A stretch of 64,000 nucleotides of DNA. It comes from Callorhinchus milii. Taxonomy: Eukaryota. The stretch covers positions 53,012,001 to 53,076,000 of the forward strand of contig NW_024704742.1 in the NCBI RefSeq assembly GCF_018977255.1, read 5' to 3'. The notes beneath the pieces were generated by a model. That model did no database searches. It saw only the letters and a list, made by a program, of their open reading frames with translations, and was not told the DNA's origin. The translations under genes and the position numbers were made by a program. Shown in pieces: positions 1 through 10,668 of this stretch. How positions within the stretch are numbered: position 1 is the first letter of the stretch; each line of letters starts with the position of its first letter.

Positions 1-188
1 ACCCTGCCCGATTTTCCCTACATAATCCAGGACCTTGAGATCAATGTGGTGAACCAACTGTAGACCCAATTCAAATTGGTTCGGTCAACACAGATCAGGA
101 TTTGAACCTGTAACTGCTCTGTAGGAAATAAAACTGTTGTACATTGTCTTTACACATAATTATGGCCTATAGTTCTTATTAATTTTAC

Positions 189-361
189 CTGCTGCACACT
201 TCCAAGGTTCACACGTTTCCCATGGCGCTTAATCTGATCATCTTTCCGACCTAAATAATACATATATCCATCTTTCAGAGTTACCCAGTCCCCACTGGCT
301 CTCATTGTTCCTTGACACACAGTTGTTTCATCGTGAAGAAGGCACACACGCTCTCTACCAC
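189..361 (-). CDS. AASDH: AASDH coding exon 7
   Basis: GGRERVCLL...GDWV...[17 protein letters not shown]. Confidence 0.93.
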
Positions 362-3300
362 CTGTCATAAAAACAGTACAATGTTACAACAGCAACAACA
401 ACAAGGATTTATATAGCGCCCTCCATGCCAGACGGCGTCTCAGAGCGCTTTACAGTAACGGATCCCGGGGCCGAGCCAGGGGGAGGGGGGGGGGGTAGGT
501 GACCAAAGGCGCGGTCGAAAAGAAGGGTCTTCAGCAGAGACCTGAAAATGTTACACGTCAACAATGTACAAAAAATATATACTATAGGAAACATTTCTAG
601 ATCCCTTATTAAAAATAACATCTGTATTAGTGCAGCAATAGTATGGAGCAAGTTGAGAGGAAACTATGTGGAGTCCTGTAGCTCAGGGGTTAGAGCACTC
701 GCCTTGCAAGTGAGAGACCTGAGTTCAATTCCAGGCAGAGGGAAACCTTGGGCAAGTTTCCTTACTCCACACAGAGCCTAATAATAATCCCTCCAAAACA
801 AAAAACAATAATAAATTGGTCATTTTCAATCCACGTTTGTTTGTGGGACATTGCTGTGCGCAATTGGCTGCCATGTTTCGCCCACAAATATTCGGTCAAT
901 TCACTTTACAGTCTATTCTGTGAAGCACTTTGAGACATCGAGAAGACGTGAAAAGCACTATATCAAATGCAAGGATTATTATTATTATTATAAACTAGAC
1001 GGCTATGCGTATAATTAGGTAGAACATGATAATTTGTTTAGAAGTGCACTGTACCCTCCCAAAGGCGTTGGAGGTAAAGAGGTAAAGTGAACTACCAAAG
1101 ATTTAAAGAATAGCATTCCAGTGATGGGAAATAAAAACACCACCATTGGAGCAGTCATGTCAAAACCGCAGTGTTCCCTGTGAGGTGATAATCCCTTCTT
1201 CCTATTGGGACTGGTGACTGAATTATAGCTGACAGGATTCAGACATGATTTTGAGTACTGGGTCCAGTTATGGACGCCCATCAGGCAGGCTGAATGTCCT
1301 ACTCCTGCTCTTGTGTTCCTTCACAGATACTAGTGAGACAACGCTCTTCATATCCTTTTCAGAAATCAGTCTTTAAATTATCTTCCAGCAGTCGAAACAA
1401 AACAAAGTGAGTTCTTCTGAACAACCTACTATTCAACTATTTTTATTGTATTTTCATAAAAAGCAAACTCTACCTATAAATACTTGCCCCACTCCTTCCT
1501 GGATCACCTGACCAGAGTCATTCCTGACCTCCAACACAGTTCCCAGAAGAGGGAACCCCAGTGGTACAGGCTCTTCAAGTCTATAATGAAGAATCAGATA
1601 AATACAGTTAATAGTTCAAACTCATTTATAGGGTGGTATAGATGTAACAAATGGGTATAAGCCCTTCAAAAAAAAATCAATCCACTGCTGTGGGCAATTG
1701 GCTGCTGCCTTTCGCCCACAAAATATACAGTCAATTTACGTTACAGTATATTCTGTGAAGCACTTTGAGATGTCTCGAAGACGTGATAAGGCGCTATGTC
1801 AAATGCAAGGGTTATTATTATTTATAAATACATTTTTNCTTGAGCAACTTATTAAACTATTCCGTTTTTGCAATATATTATCAAACCACCATTTTGTGCT
1901 CTTAACATCACACTGAACACTGCCACCCAGAACATTAAACCATATTGAACGCTAACAGTCCTGTAGCTCAGTGGTTAGAGCACTCGCTTTGCAAGCGAGA
2001 GACCTGAGTTCAATTCCAGGCAGAGGGCGAAACCTTGGGCAAGTTTCCTTACTCCACACAGAGCCTAATAATAATCCGTCCAAAAAAACAAAACAATAAT
2101 AAATTGGTCATTTTCAATCTACGACTGTTTGTGGGACATTGCTGTGCGCAATTGGCTGCCGCGTTCGCCCACAAATATACAGTCAATTCACTTTACAGTG
2201 TGTTCTGTGAAGCGCTTTGGGACGTCCTCCCGACGTGAAAAGCGCTATATCAAATGCAAGGATTATAACAGGTACAGTAAAACAAAAATAAATTACATTT
2301 GTATAGCGCCTTTCACATCGATGCGACAGTGAAGGGTTTGCACCCGTGCTGGGCGTTGGAGTCAACAGGGTTTGAGGGCAATGGAGATGGGAAGATGATC
2401 GAAAGCACGGATGAGATGGGTCTTGAAGGAGGCATGGGATAGGGCGAGGTGAAGTGCCCCGGGATGGACTTCCAGAGGATGGGAGCAGAAAGGCTAAAGG
2501 CCAGTCTGCCGTTGGTGGAGTGGGCCATATCAAACACTGCCATCAAGAACAGTAAATCATAGTGAATACTGATACTAGATACAGTAAACCATGCTGAACA
2601 CTGTTGGTAAAATTGTAAATCATAGTGACCACTACTACCCAGTATAGTAAACCATTATTGAATACTGCCACTAGATTCAGTAAACCAGAGTGACCACTAC
2701 CACCCACTGAATAATGAAGTAAAATATGCTAGACAGTATATCTGGAAGATAAATATGTAGGAAAAGCAATTACAACCTAGTGTCGCTACCCAAGACTTCT
2801 TCAGGAACCTTGTAGTATGATGCCCAGCTCGACACTTCTGTAATCCCATACAGATTGTAGATGTGGGTTTTGTTGCCTTCTCCTCGCCAGCTTTTCATTA
2901 CAGGTAGTGAGGGAAAGGACTCTCCACCCAGCGCTAACACACGTAGCGAAGTATTGGCTGAAAGCACTACTGTTGACAAGAGTTCTGATCCAAAACGTTT
3001 CATTAACGTTGGGGTGGCCTAGAGAAAGAGAGAGATTGTAACATTATCCAAGATATGTTACTTAGACTTCCATAACAAAGACAACACAACTTGCATTTAT
3101 ATAGCACCTCTCACGCTGGCTAGCATCCCAGAGACAGCTTTTTTACTGACACATAATTTTTATTGTAACTACATACTGGCACTGGTTCCATGTTGGCACC
3201 AGTATGTAGATTGTGATGGTGACTGTGTGGAAAAATAATTGCACTGGTGTATTTGAAAAACCTTCTTTTGTGCCTATGTTAAGTTTTGTAAATTAACAAC

Positions 3301-6300
3301 CACAGAATTTTGAGAAAATAGAAAGGAGGTTTTAGGGTCTCTCTCGAAAATTGGAAAGACAAACCAGATGTTCTGTGCAGAAAACAGTTTATGCTGCAAG
3401 ATGTTTTTCTGGGGCAGCAGTAACATTACCTTTTTCCCATGGAAGACATATTGTTATTAATAATAATAAAAAATAATCATCATCAAATAATCAACCCCAA
3501 TACAGCATCGGGCTTAAACTGATGCAATGTGCATTTCATAAATAATAATTATCCTTGCATTCGATATAGCACTTTATCATGTCATTGAGACGTCTCAAAG
3601 CGCGTCACAGAATACACTGTAAAATTAATTGACTGTATATTTTGTGGACAAAACTGATGATCAAACAACTAAAAGGCCTGGGCTTTTCGGATAAAATGGG
3701 GATGCTGATTTGCGGGGAACCGATCCTGCATAAAACTGCCATGTGTTTAAAAACATGTTTGAGGCTTAGGTAGGAGGGCACGATCCAGACGATGATTGGC
3801 TATTGACCTGTCACTCATCAAGAGAACGGGCTCTGGGCAACGATTGGCTGGTCCATGCTGTCATTCACCCAGTTGTCAGCTCAGGGGTGATCTCCACAGG
3901 CTGCACATCATCCAGAACTGTGCAGCCCATGTTCTCTCCCTCACTAGGCTTTGCGACCCTATCACCCCCATCCTTGCCCAACTTCACTGGCATCCCATCA
4001 CGGAGGATACAATTCAAGATCCTGGTCCTCACCTTGAAAGCCCTCCACTGTCTTGCTCCCCCCTACCTCTCCCGATTTCCCATACAGCCAGTCCGTCCCT
4101 GAATAACAACTTACCTGTATAACAGTAACTTTGTGATGGTTAAAAAGAACCTTGGCCAGTCTTTCCGGCATCATTTTAATGACTGGTGGAACAATCAGCA
4201 GGGTAGCTCCACTGGATAGCGCAACAAACATTTCAACGATAGACGGGTCAAAAGTCAAAGGTGATGCCATAAAAATTAGATCATCTGGTGATATTTCAAA
4301 GATAGACCTAGAAAAACAAAGTAAAGACTGAAAAAGCACAGAACATGAAACTATGAGAAAGCACAACAATGACAACCATTACATTAATGCCTCTAATGGT
4401 TCATTTATAATCCAGTGGAGATCATTGGTGTTTTGATATAAAAAATTGAACAACATTAAAGGGGAAGCCCAGAATGGGGGTGGTCCAGACTCTTTAGTAG
4501 AAATCAGTTCCTATATACATGGGTTGCTGATGGAAAACCATCAACCCACAAATATTGATTTTTAGGTTTCTTTATGAAGTCAGGGAGTAATCTTCCAACA
4601 TTCATTGTTGAGGCTCACACATGAATGATACTTTGAATCTGTAACCTGTATTGTCTCCTACCCTGCAAAGGCAGTATGTTTACCCACTAGGCTGTCGGTG
4701 AGCTGAAGTTTTTTCTTTAATTATCTGACAAAATATTATATGTTGTTTTAAGAAGATGAATCTGGAACTTATTATTGTTAGTGCAGTTCTGTTGTGTGAG
4801 GCGAAATGAAACCACAGGTTTTAATGGAAGGAACTGAAAGGTTGATGCTACAATATCTCTTTTTTTATGAACAATTTTTTTCTTAAGAACAATTTTTAAT
4901 ATATTAAAATATTCGATATACTACACTATCTTTTCCTTTAACAATTGAGGCATGAAGTTTCCAGTATTGGGAATGAAATACCATGAAATGATCATCATGT
5001 GGCAAGTCAAGCTGAACATGATGGGGGGAAAATCTTCAGTAAAATCAAGCCCATCTTCTATATTCTTGGTCAGCTACGAGAAAGCAGAACCTTCACAATA
5101 CATTCACTGGACAATTCTAAAATGGGCCCTAACAAAAGTGATGATAGTTACAAAAGGGCTTGTTAAGATAAGTGAGAAAGTCACTTGGGCCTGCTCAGAC
5201 ATCCTATTAGTTCATCATAATATACTGATATTGGTAAACCACAAACTAGACTTACCTGAGATGCTCTATGTTAGGCACAATACACTGATGAGGCACTCGA
5301 ACAACTTTTGGAGTTCCTGTTGTGCCTGAGGTGTGCAAAATGTACGCCATGAAACCTTGTGTCCAACAATCTGCATATTCACGTGAATTGATTTTAAGTT
5401 GCTCAGTGCTTCCTAGACTGTCTTCTGTCAAATCAACTCTTTTATTGTAAGTAATACTTTTTGTGTCCACAACATCTGAAGCTAGGGAATTCACATTAGT
5501 CAGTTTCCACCAAATCTTCACAAGGTCTATGTCTAGCTCTGGTATATTACATTCAATATTAAACTCCAGCCAGGTTGACAATGAATCCTTGAATTTCTGG
5601 AACATAAAAATAATAGTAAGAGACTAGAGGTATTTGATAAGAATTATATAATTTATTCCTACAGTCAAATTTTTACTTTATTATCCTTAATTTGTAATTA
5701 TAATTTTCCCATCAATGTACAACTGGGGAAATACATAATATACTACAGAGTATATTATGTGTACAAGAGGATTTTTACCAATATTTTGTCATGTTAGTAT
5801 TTACATTTTAAAGTACTTATACATCGACACAGCTGACATAATAACAAAACAATTTGAGCAGGTCCAGAGAGTGGCCTGAGGTATGACGTACAGGCTAAAA
5901 CAAATAATTTTAAAAAAAACTTCGGAAAAAATTAGAAATGTTGGGCTTCTGATTTCTTTATTACCCATATAGGACTGCATTTTACCAACCAGAGAAAAAA
6001 ACATTTTGCTATTTGACTCATGATTAGAAATAATCTAGACTCCCTTCCATGTTTTTCAAAAATGCAGACTAAGCAATACAGGAACTCTACGATTTACATT
6101 GTACAAACAGAAATTCAAAAAGGGCATATTTGCTATGTTTGATACAAATATTAAATAACATTTTTAACACAATTTGTTTTCCAGAGAAATCCATAAACCA
6201 TACTAACACTTTTTTCCATTGTGAAACAAAAGCATGCTCAGCATTTTTTCTTTAATAAATATTATTTGTCTTTGCTCATTTGAAGCTCGGTAACTCACCA

Positions 6301-6739
6301 CCATCATATCTTTCTGGACAAGGACATACTTCAACTTGCAACTTCGCATAAAATATGATGATAAATGAGGCAAACTTTCTGGATCAATAGGGCAAAAGGC
6401 AGCTTCAACTTGAAGGATTCTGAAATTGGACAGAACAATTATAATATTTTTGAAATAGCAGCAATGACTCATATTTAGATAACAAGCAGAAGACAGGTTG
6501 AAAAAATAAGATTACTGCTTTCAGTATGGCCTTTACTTTTTTATGTTTGAATGTAGCTTTGTTTTCCCACATAATTTGTAATGTACTGTTCCATGATTCA
6601 TCAACCTTAATTTGTAATTAAACTTTTCCCATCAATGTATCACTGGGGAGTTGAGGAAGGGCAGGAGGAGGCTTATGTGGAGCATAAACACCAGCATAGA
6701 CCAGTTGGGCTGAATGGCCTGTCTCTGCGCTGTATATTC

Positions 6740-6770
<31 letters not shown>

Positions 6771-8203
6771 CCTTGCATTTGATATAGCGCTTTTCACGTC
6801 GGGAGGACGTCCCAAAGCGCATCACAGAACACACTGTAAAGTGAATTGACTGTATATTTGTGGGCGAACGCGGCAGCCAATTGCGCACAGCAATGTCCCA
6901 CAAACAGTCATGGATTGAAAATGTATATGTACATATAATGTACATGTTTTCTAATCCCCACAAAGGATTAAAAGACTGGAATTTCTGCAGCATATTTGTG
7001 ACACTGAAGATTTTCATAGTAAAACATAAAACAGTCATTCACGATACTGTGCGCCAGATCTTTCATATTATTGTAGCATATATTTAAGAAATTCCCACAG
7101 AAAAAAATGCTACTTTATGAGATCTGAGATCTTTTGTTACTTTTACAAGTTTCATTGTAAACAAATAAAAAGTGCTATTTCACTGCCTGACCCATGATAA
7201 ATCGCAGTAAGATCTTTGTAACATTGTAACAGCTACATCCTCTACATTCACAATAATCCTTGTATTGCGGCCTACTCTTGCCATCGGGTCAATATTGAAA
7301 AAATAATTCTGATATATGAATTCAATTCATCTTGCACATTTATTGTACTAATCAAAAGTACGTCTACTTCATGTGCTAAACAATGGGTAACTTCCAAGTC
7401 ATCGGGTTGTCGTCAACTTATTCCCCTTTGTGGGGGGGAGTGAAGGCAGCAGAGCTTCTTCGGGACGCTCTTCAAGCCGGGAGTGACCTCAGCGGTGACC
7501 CGATGACCCGGAAGTTGGCCACTCTTTCGATTTACTTTGCTTATAAATTGCCATCCGACCCGTTGGGCAGCGAAGCAGTTCTACTGTATCTACTTATCCC
7601 TCTCGAACATCTCTCTCGCCGCTGAGTCGGAAGGTTGTGAGCGCCATTCACTGCACGGAACACAAATTGTAGACCAGGACTTGGCCAGATGCATGACCCT
7701 GAAAGTCTTTGTTATCCGATTTATACAGATCAGACTTAAGCGGATTTTTTTTTTATTATTTTGGCAGAATAAGTGGCGAGAAAACCGACTTGAAGCTCAA
7801 GTGCTGGGAAGTCACATGAAGTGTCTCACACGGCAGTGCGGCTCGTGGGGGTGTGTGTGGGTGAGTGTGTGAGGGTTTACCTGCATCTCAGGTCAGGTGA
7901 CAGTGTGGGTTGGGGAGGGGGGGGATAAGGAACCAATATAAAGCAGTGAGTGTACCCGAGGGTCCAGCAGGGCAGCAGCAGGGCGGGTCGGCAGTACAAG
8001 CCGACCACGTGCTGTAGGTCGAAGTGGCAGTGAGTGAGCAGCGCCTCGGCGAGGGCGGCGGCCAGGCCGGTCACCTGACCGTAGGTCAGCACCGCGCACG
8101 CGCCCTGCCCGGCCCCGCGCCCGTCGTAGCGCACGGCCGCTCGCGCGCCGTGCAGCGCGGCTGCGCACAGTACCCGCTCGTGCAGGCGCTCGGCCACCGC
8201 CAT
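189..8203 (-). CDS. AASDH: Beta-alanine-activating enzyme (NRPS-like, ACSF4), 5' part; gene continues past the window start
   Basis: Coding exons 8203-7956, 6419-6299, 5596-5256, 4307-4115, 3018-2777, 1580-1474, 361-189 join in frame with GT-AG introns. Adenylation-domain motifs [28 protein letters not shown] and [16 protein letters not shown] are present. The gene lies next to PPAT, as in other vertebrates. Confidence 0.95.
385..545 (-). mobile_element. L2 3' end
   Basis: [12 protein letters not shown] then the L2 tail and (GTT)n. Confidence 0.75.
667..991 (+). mobile_element. Full-length tRNA-derived SINE (short family)
   Basis: tRNA-like head with A/B boxes (TAGCTCAG, GTTCAATTCC), Deu-like 3' block TGTGGGACATTGCTGTGCGCAATTGGCTGCC, (ATT)n tail, AAACTA target-site duplication (661-666 / 992-997). 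Confidence 0.9.
1474..1580 (-). CDS. AASDH: AASDH coding exon 6
   Basis: [35 protein letters not shown]; not in the ORF track; phases 2/1 fit both neighbours. Confidence 0.9.
1670..1825 (+). mobile_element. SINE 3' fragment
   Basis: Matches the 3' half of the SINE at 667. Confidence 0.8.
1959..2265 (+). mobile_element. Full-length tRNA-derived SINE
   Basis: Same family; TAACAG duplication at 1953-1958 / 2266-2271. Confidence 0.9.
2280..2530 (-). mobile_element. L2 3' fragment
   Basis: [13 protein letters not shown] then the L2 tail. Confidence 0.75.
2533..2708. repeat. Degenerate ~32-bp minisatellite, about 5.5 units
   Basis: Repeating A(A/C)(C/T)ACT...AGTAAA(T/C)CAT...TG. Confidence 0.7.
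2777..3018 (-). CDS. AASDH: AASDH coding exon 5
   Basis: [10 protein letters not shown]...LALGGESFP...[12 protein letters not shown]. Confidence 0.92.
3830..4100 (+). mobile_element. L2 ORF2 C-terminal fragment
   Basis: [30 protein letters not shown]. Confidence 0.8.
4115..4307 (-). CDS. AASDH: AASDH coding exon 4
   Basis: SIFEISPDD...[13 protein letters not shown]...VTVIQ. Confidence 0.93.
5256..5596 (-). CDS. AASDH: AASDH coding exon 3
   Basis: KFKDSL...[20 protein letters not shown]...LR; AMP-binding signature. Confidence 0.93.
6299..6419 (-). CDS. AASDH: AASDH coding exon 2
   Basis: [15 protein letters not shown]...QKDMMV; CAG acceptor, GTGAGT donor. Confidence 0.9.
6740..6920 (-). 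mobile_element. 5'-truncated SINE
   Basis: Reverse complement of the SINE 3' half with a long (TTA)n tail. Confidence 0.85.
7956..8203 (-). CDS. AASDH: AASDH coding exon 1
   Basis: [11 protein letters not shown]...[16 protein letters not shown]; phase-2 donor GG|GTACAC matches the next exon. Confidence 0.8.
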
Positions 8204-8560
8204 CCGGTCACGACTGGGGACAACTGCCAGCGTCGCCTGGCAACCGGGGCCCGCCCCGCCCCGACTCGGTGACAACCCCCCCACCCACACCCCCCCACCG
8301 CCGGGGCTCACAGCCGGTCACCGAGTCCAGGAGAAGCGGCCGAACCGCGGCTGAAACGCGGAACTCCCGGTTCCGAATACCGAGCGGCTGCCACACACGC
8401 GCACACCACGAGCGCCCCGCGTCTGCGTGCGCGGCCCCGCGTCTGCGTCACGTCCCGCCCCCCCGGCTCCCTGAACTGCGTGACGTGCGCATGCGCACTC
8501 ACTGCTGCCCCTCCTCCCCCCCCCCTCAGCCCTGTGCACTGTGGGCTCGAGCCTCACATC
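7960..8560 (-). promoter_or_regulatory. AASDH CpG-island promoter and 5' UTR
   Basis: CpG-dense. Perfect NRF1 palindrome TGCGCATGCGCA at 8486-8497, TGACGT CRE half-site at 8481, GC box near 8454-8460. Likely 5'-UTR intron 8311-8214 (GTGAG...CCCCAG). Confidence 0.75.
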
Positions 8561-8723
8561 AGCAGCTCCGCTCTCTAACCTGACACTGCAGTGCAGAGGC
8601 TGGAGAGCGGCCCTGTGGGGCACTGAGTGCCCACTGATCAGCTCACTCATACTGCAGTAGGCAGCAGGATGTCAGCAGTCTTACCCTGACACCTGTACTG
8701 GCTTTCTGCAATCTGCCTGCGCC

Positions 8724-9068
8724 CAACAACAACAACAACAACAACAATAATAATAATCCTTGCATTTGATACAGCGCCTTATCACATCTTCGAGACGTCG
8801 TAAAGCGCTTCACGGAATATACCGTAAAGCGAATTGACTGTATAATGTTGTGGGCCAAACGTGGAAGCCAATTGCGCACAGCAGTGTCCCCCACAAACGG
8901 TCGTGGGTTGAAGTGACCCAATTTATTATTTTCCTTTTTCTCTTGAGGGGTTGTTGTCAGGAGTGGGGAGTAAGGAAACCCGCCCAAGGTTTCGCCCCCG
9001 GCCGGGAATCAAACCCGGGTCTCTCGCTTGCAAGGCGAGTGCTCTAACCACTGAGCTACAGGGCTCCT
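8724..9068 (-). mobile_element. Full-length tRNA-derived SINE
   Basis: Head GAGCCCTGTAGCTCAGTGG on the minus strand, same body and tail. Confidence 0.88.
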
Positions 9069-9884
9069 AATCATATACCAATACTCTGGGGAATTAAAAG
9101 GCAAAACACTACAGATGCTGGAAATCTGAAATAAACATAGAAGTTGCGGGGAACGCACAACAGGTCAGGTAGCATCTATGGAGAGAGGGTTAACATCTCT
9201 GGGGAGAGAGTCCGCATTCCGCAGTAATGGTTTTCTATATGTGTCAGAGCTCAGGCTGTTCGTGACTAAGTTGGCCAAAGCGACACAAGCAGCCCCTTTT
9301 GTGCCGTGAGATCAAAACAGCAAATTGCATTAGAGGATTGCTTGATTGAAAATACAAATCCTATTAGTTGAGGAACAGTGCTGGACGAATCCGCAATTGT
9401 GTCACCAGGTACAGGAGGAGGATGCCAGTACCAAAGAATCATAAACCAGTGTGAGTTGCCTCCTTCAAGAATGAGCGAAAAAGAGAACCATAAAATTACA
9501 ATAAATAATAAAGTCCAATTCCAAAATTTAAAATTACTGATTTATTGACTTGGATTTGACAATTTATATTATAGGTTGGACAATTAGATCTGAAATAATG
9601 CATCCAAAGTTTAGATCTGCAACCAGGACCCAAAACTAAATCAGTCTGATAGAGAAGGTGGATTAATCCCATCGCACATTAGTAGAGTATAATGAATATA
9701 ATATAAGTATATTCTGTGAAACGCTTTGAGACGTTTAGAAGCCGTGAAAAAGTGCAACATCAAATGCAAGGATTATATTATTATTAATGTGGTCGGACTC
9801 GATTGCCAACATTCTAAAGAGAAAGGCTGTAAATATCGCAGCCCATGAAGAGAATGAATTCTCTATTGGAAACATCACTAATAA

Positions 9885-10130
9885 TTTCCTAAAAAGAAAA
9901 TGGTCACTCAATCCATGACTGTTTGTGGCACACTGCTGTGCACAATTGGCTGCCGGGTTTCACCCACAAAAAATATAGTCAATTCACTTTACAGTATATT
10001 CTGTGAAGCGCTTTGGGACGTCCTAACATGAAAGTTGCTATAAAAATGTAATTTTGTTGTTGTTGTTGTGACGTCTCAAAGATGTGATAAGGCGCTATAT
10101 CAAATACAAGGATTATGATTATTATTATTA
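9885..10130 (+). mobile_element. SINE 3' part carrying an embedded L2 tail
   Basis: SINE body, then L2 tail 10015-10068, then the SINE tail resumes. Confidence 0.8.
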
Positions 10131-10353
10131 TCACTGAACTGGATCCCAGTCCAGTGATCTGAATGCATCAACTTGCAAATGGTTCTAACGTTTTCACAAA
10201 CTCAATATGCTTCTGTTTGGACCTATAATTCTAGAGAAAGCATTACAGTTTTGACACAAAACTCAAAAAACTGTACTTCAAGGCATTCAAAGCTAGTTTA
10301 CCAAACAACATTGGATAGTCTTTTGGCACTAATACACATGATATATGCACATT

Positions 10354-10668
10354 TGTGGAGTCCTGTAGCTCAGTGGTTAGAGCACTCACCTTGCAAGCGA
10401 GGCATCTGGGCTCAATTCCAGGCAGGGCGAAACCTTGGGCAAGTTTCCTTACTCCACACGCATGATAATAATCCCTCCAAAACAGAACAATAATAAATTG
10501 GTCACTTTCAATCCACGACTGTTTGTGGGACACTGCTGTGCGCAATTGGCTGCCGCGTTCGCCCACAAATATACAGTCAATTCACTTTGCAGTCTATTCT
10601 GTGAAGCACTTTAAGACGTCAAGAAGACATGAAAAGCGCTATATCAAAAGCAAGGATTATTATATTAT
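10354..10668 (+). mobile_element. Full-length tRNA-derived SINE
   Basis: Same family as 667-991. Confidence 0.9.

Noticed and set aside
667..745. tRNA-Ala(TGC)-like sequences here and at 1959, 9000-9068 and 10354
   Set aside because: Each runs directly into the SINE body and tail, some with target-site duplications; they are SINE heads, not tRNA genes
1838..1838. Single N base
   Set aside because: Assembly ambiguity, not a biological feature
2533..2708. Regularly spaced ~32-bp repeats resembling a CRISPR array
   Set aside because: Degenerate tandem units without unique spacers, in a vertebrate intron with no cas genes
9100..9215. Shark-type repeat (AGATGCTGGAAATCTGAAATAAA...GGTCAGGTAGCATC) that I associate with Penelope-like elements and hammerhead ribozymes
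   Set aside because: No intact CUGANGA/GAAA core is visible; at most a degenerate remnant
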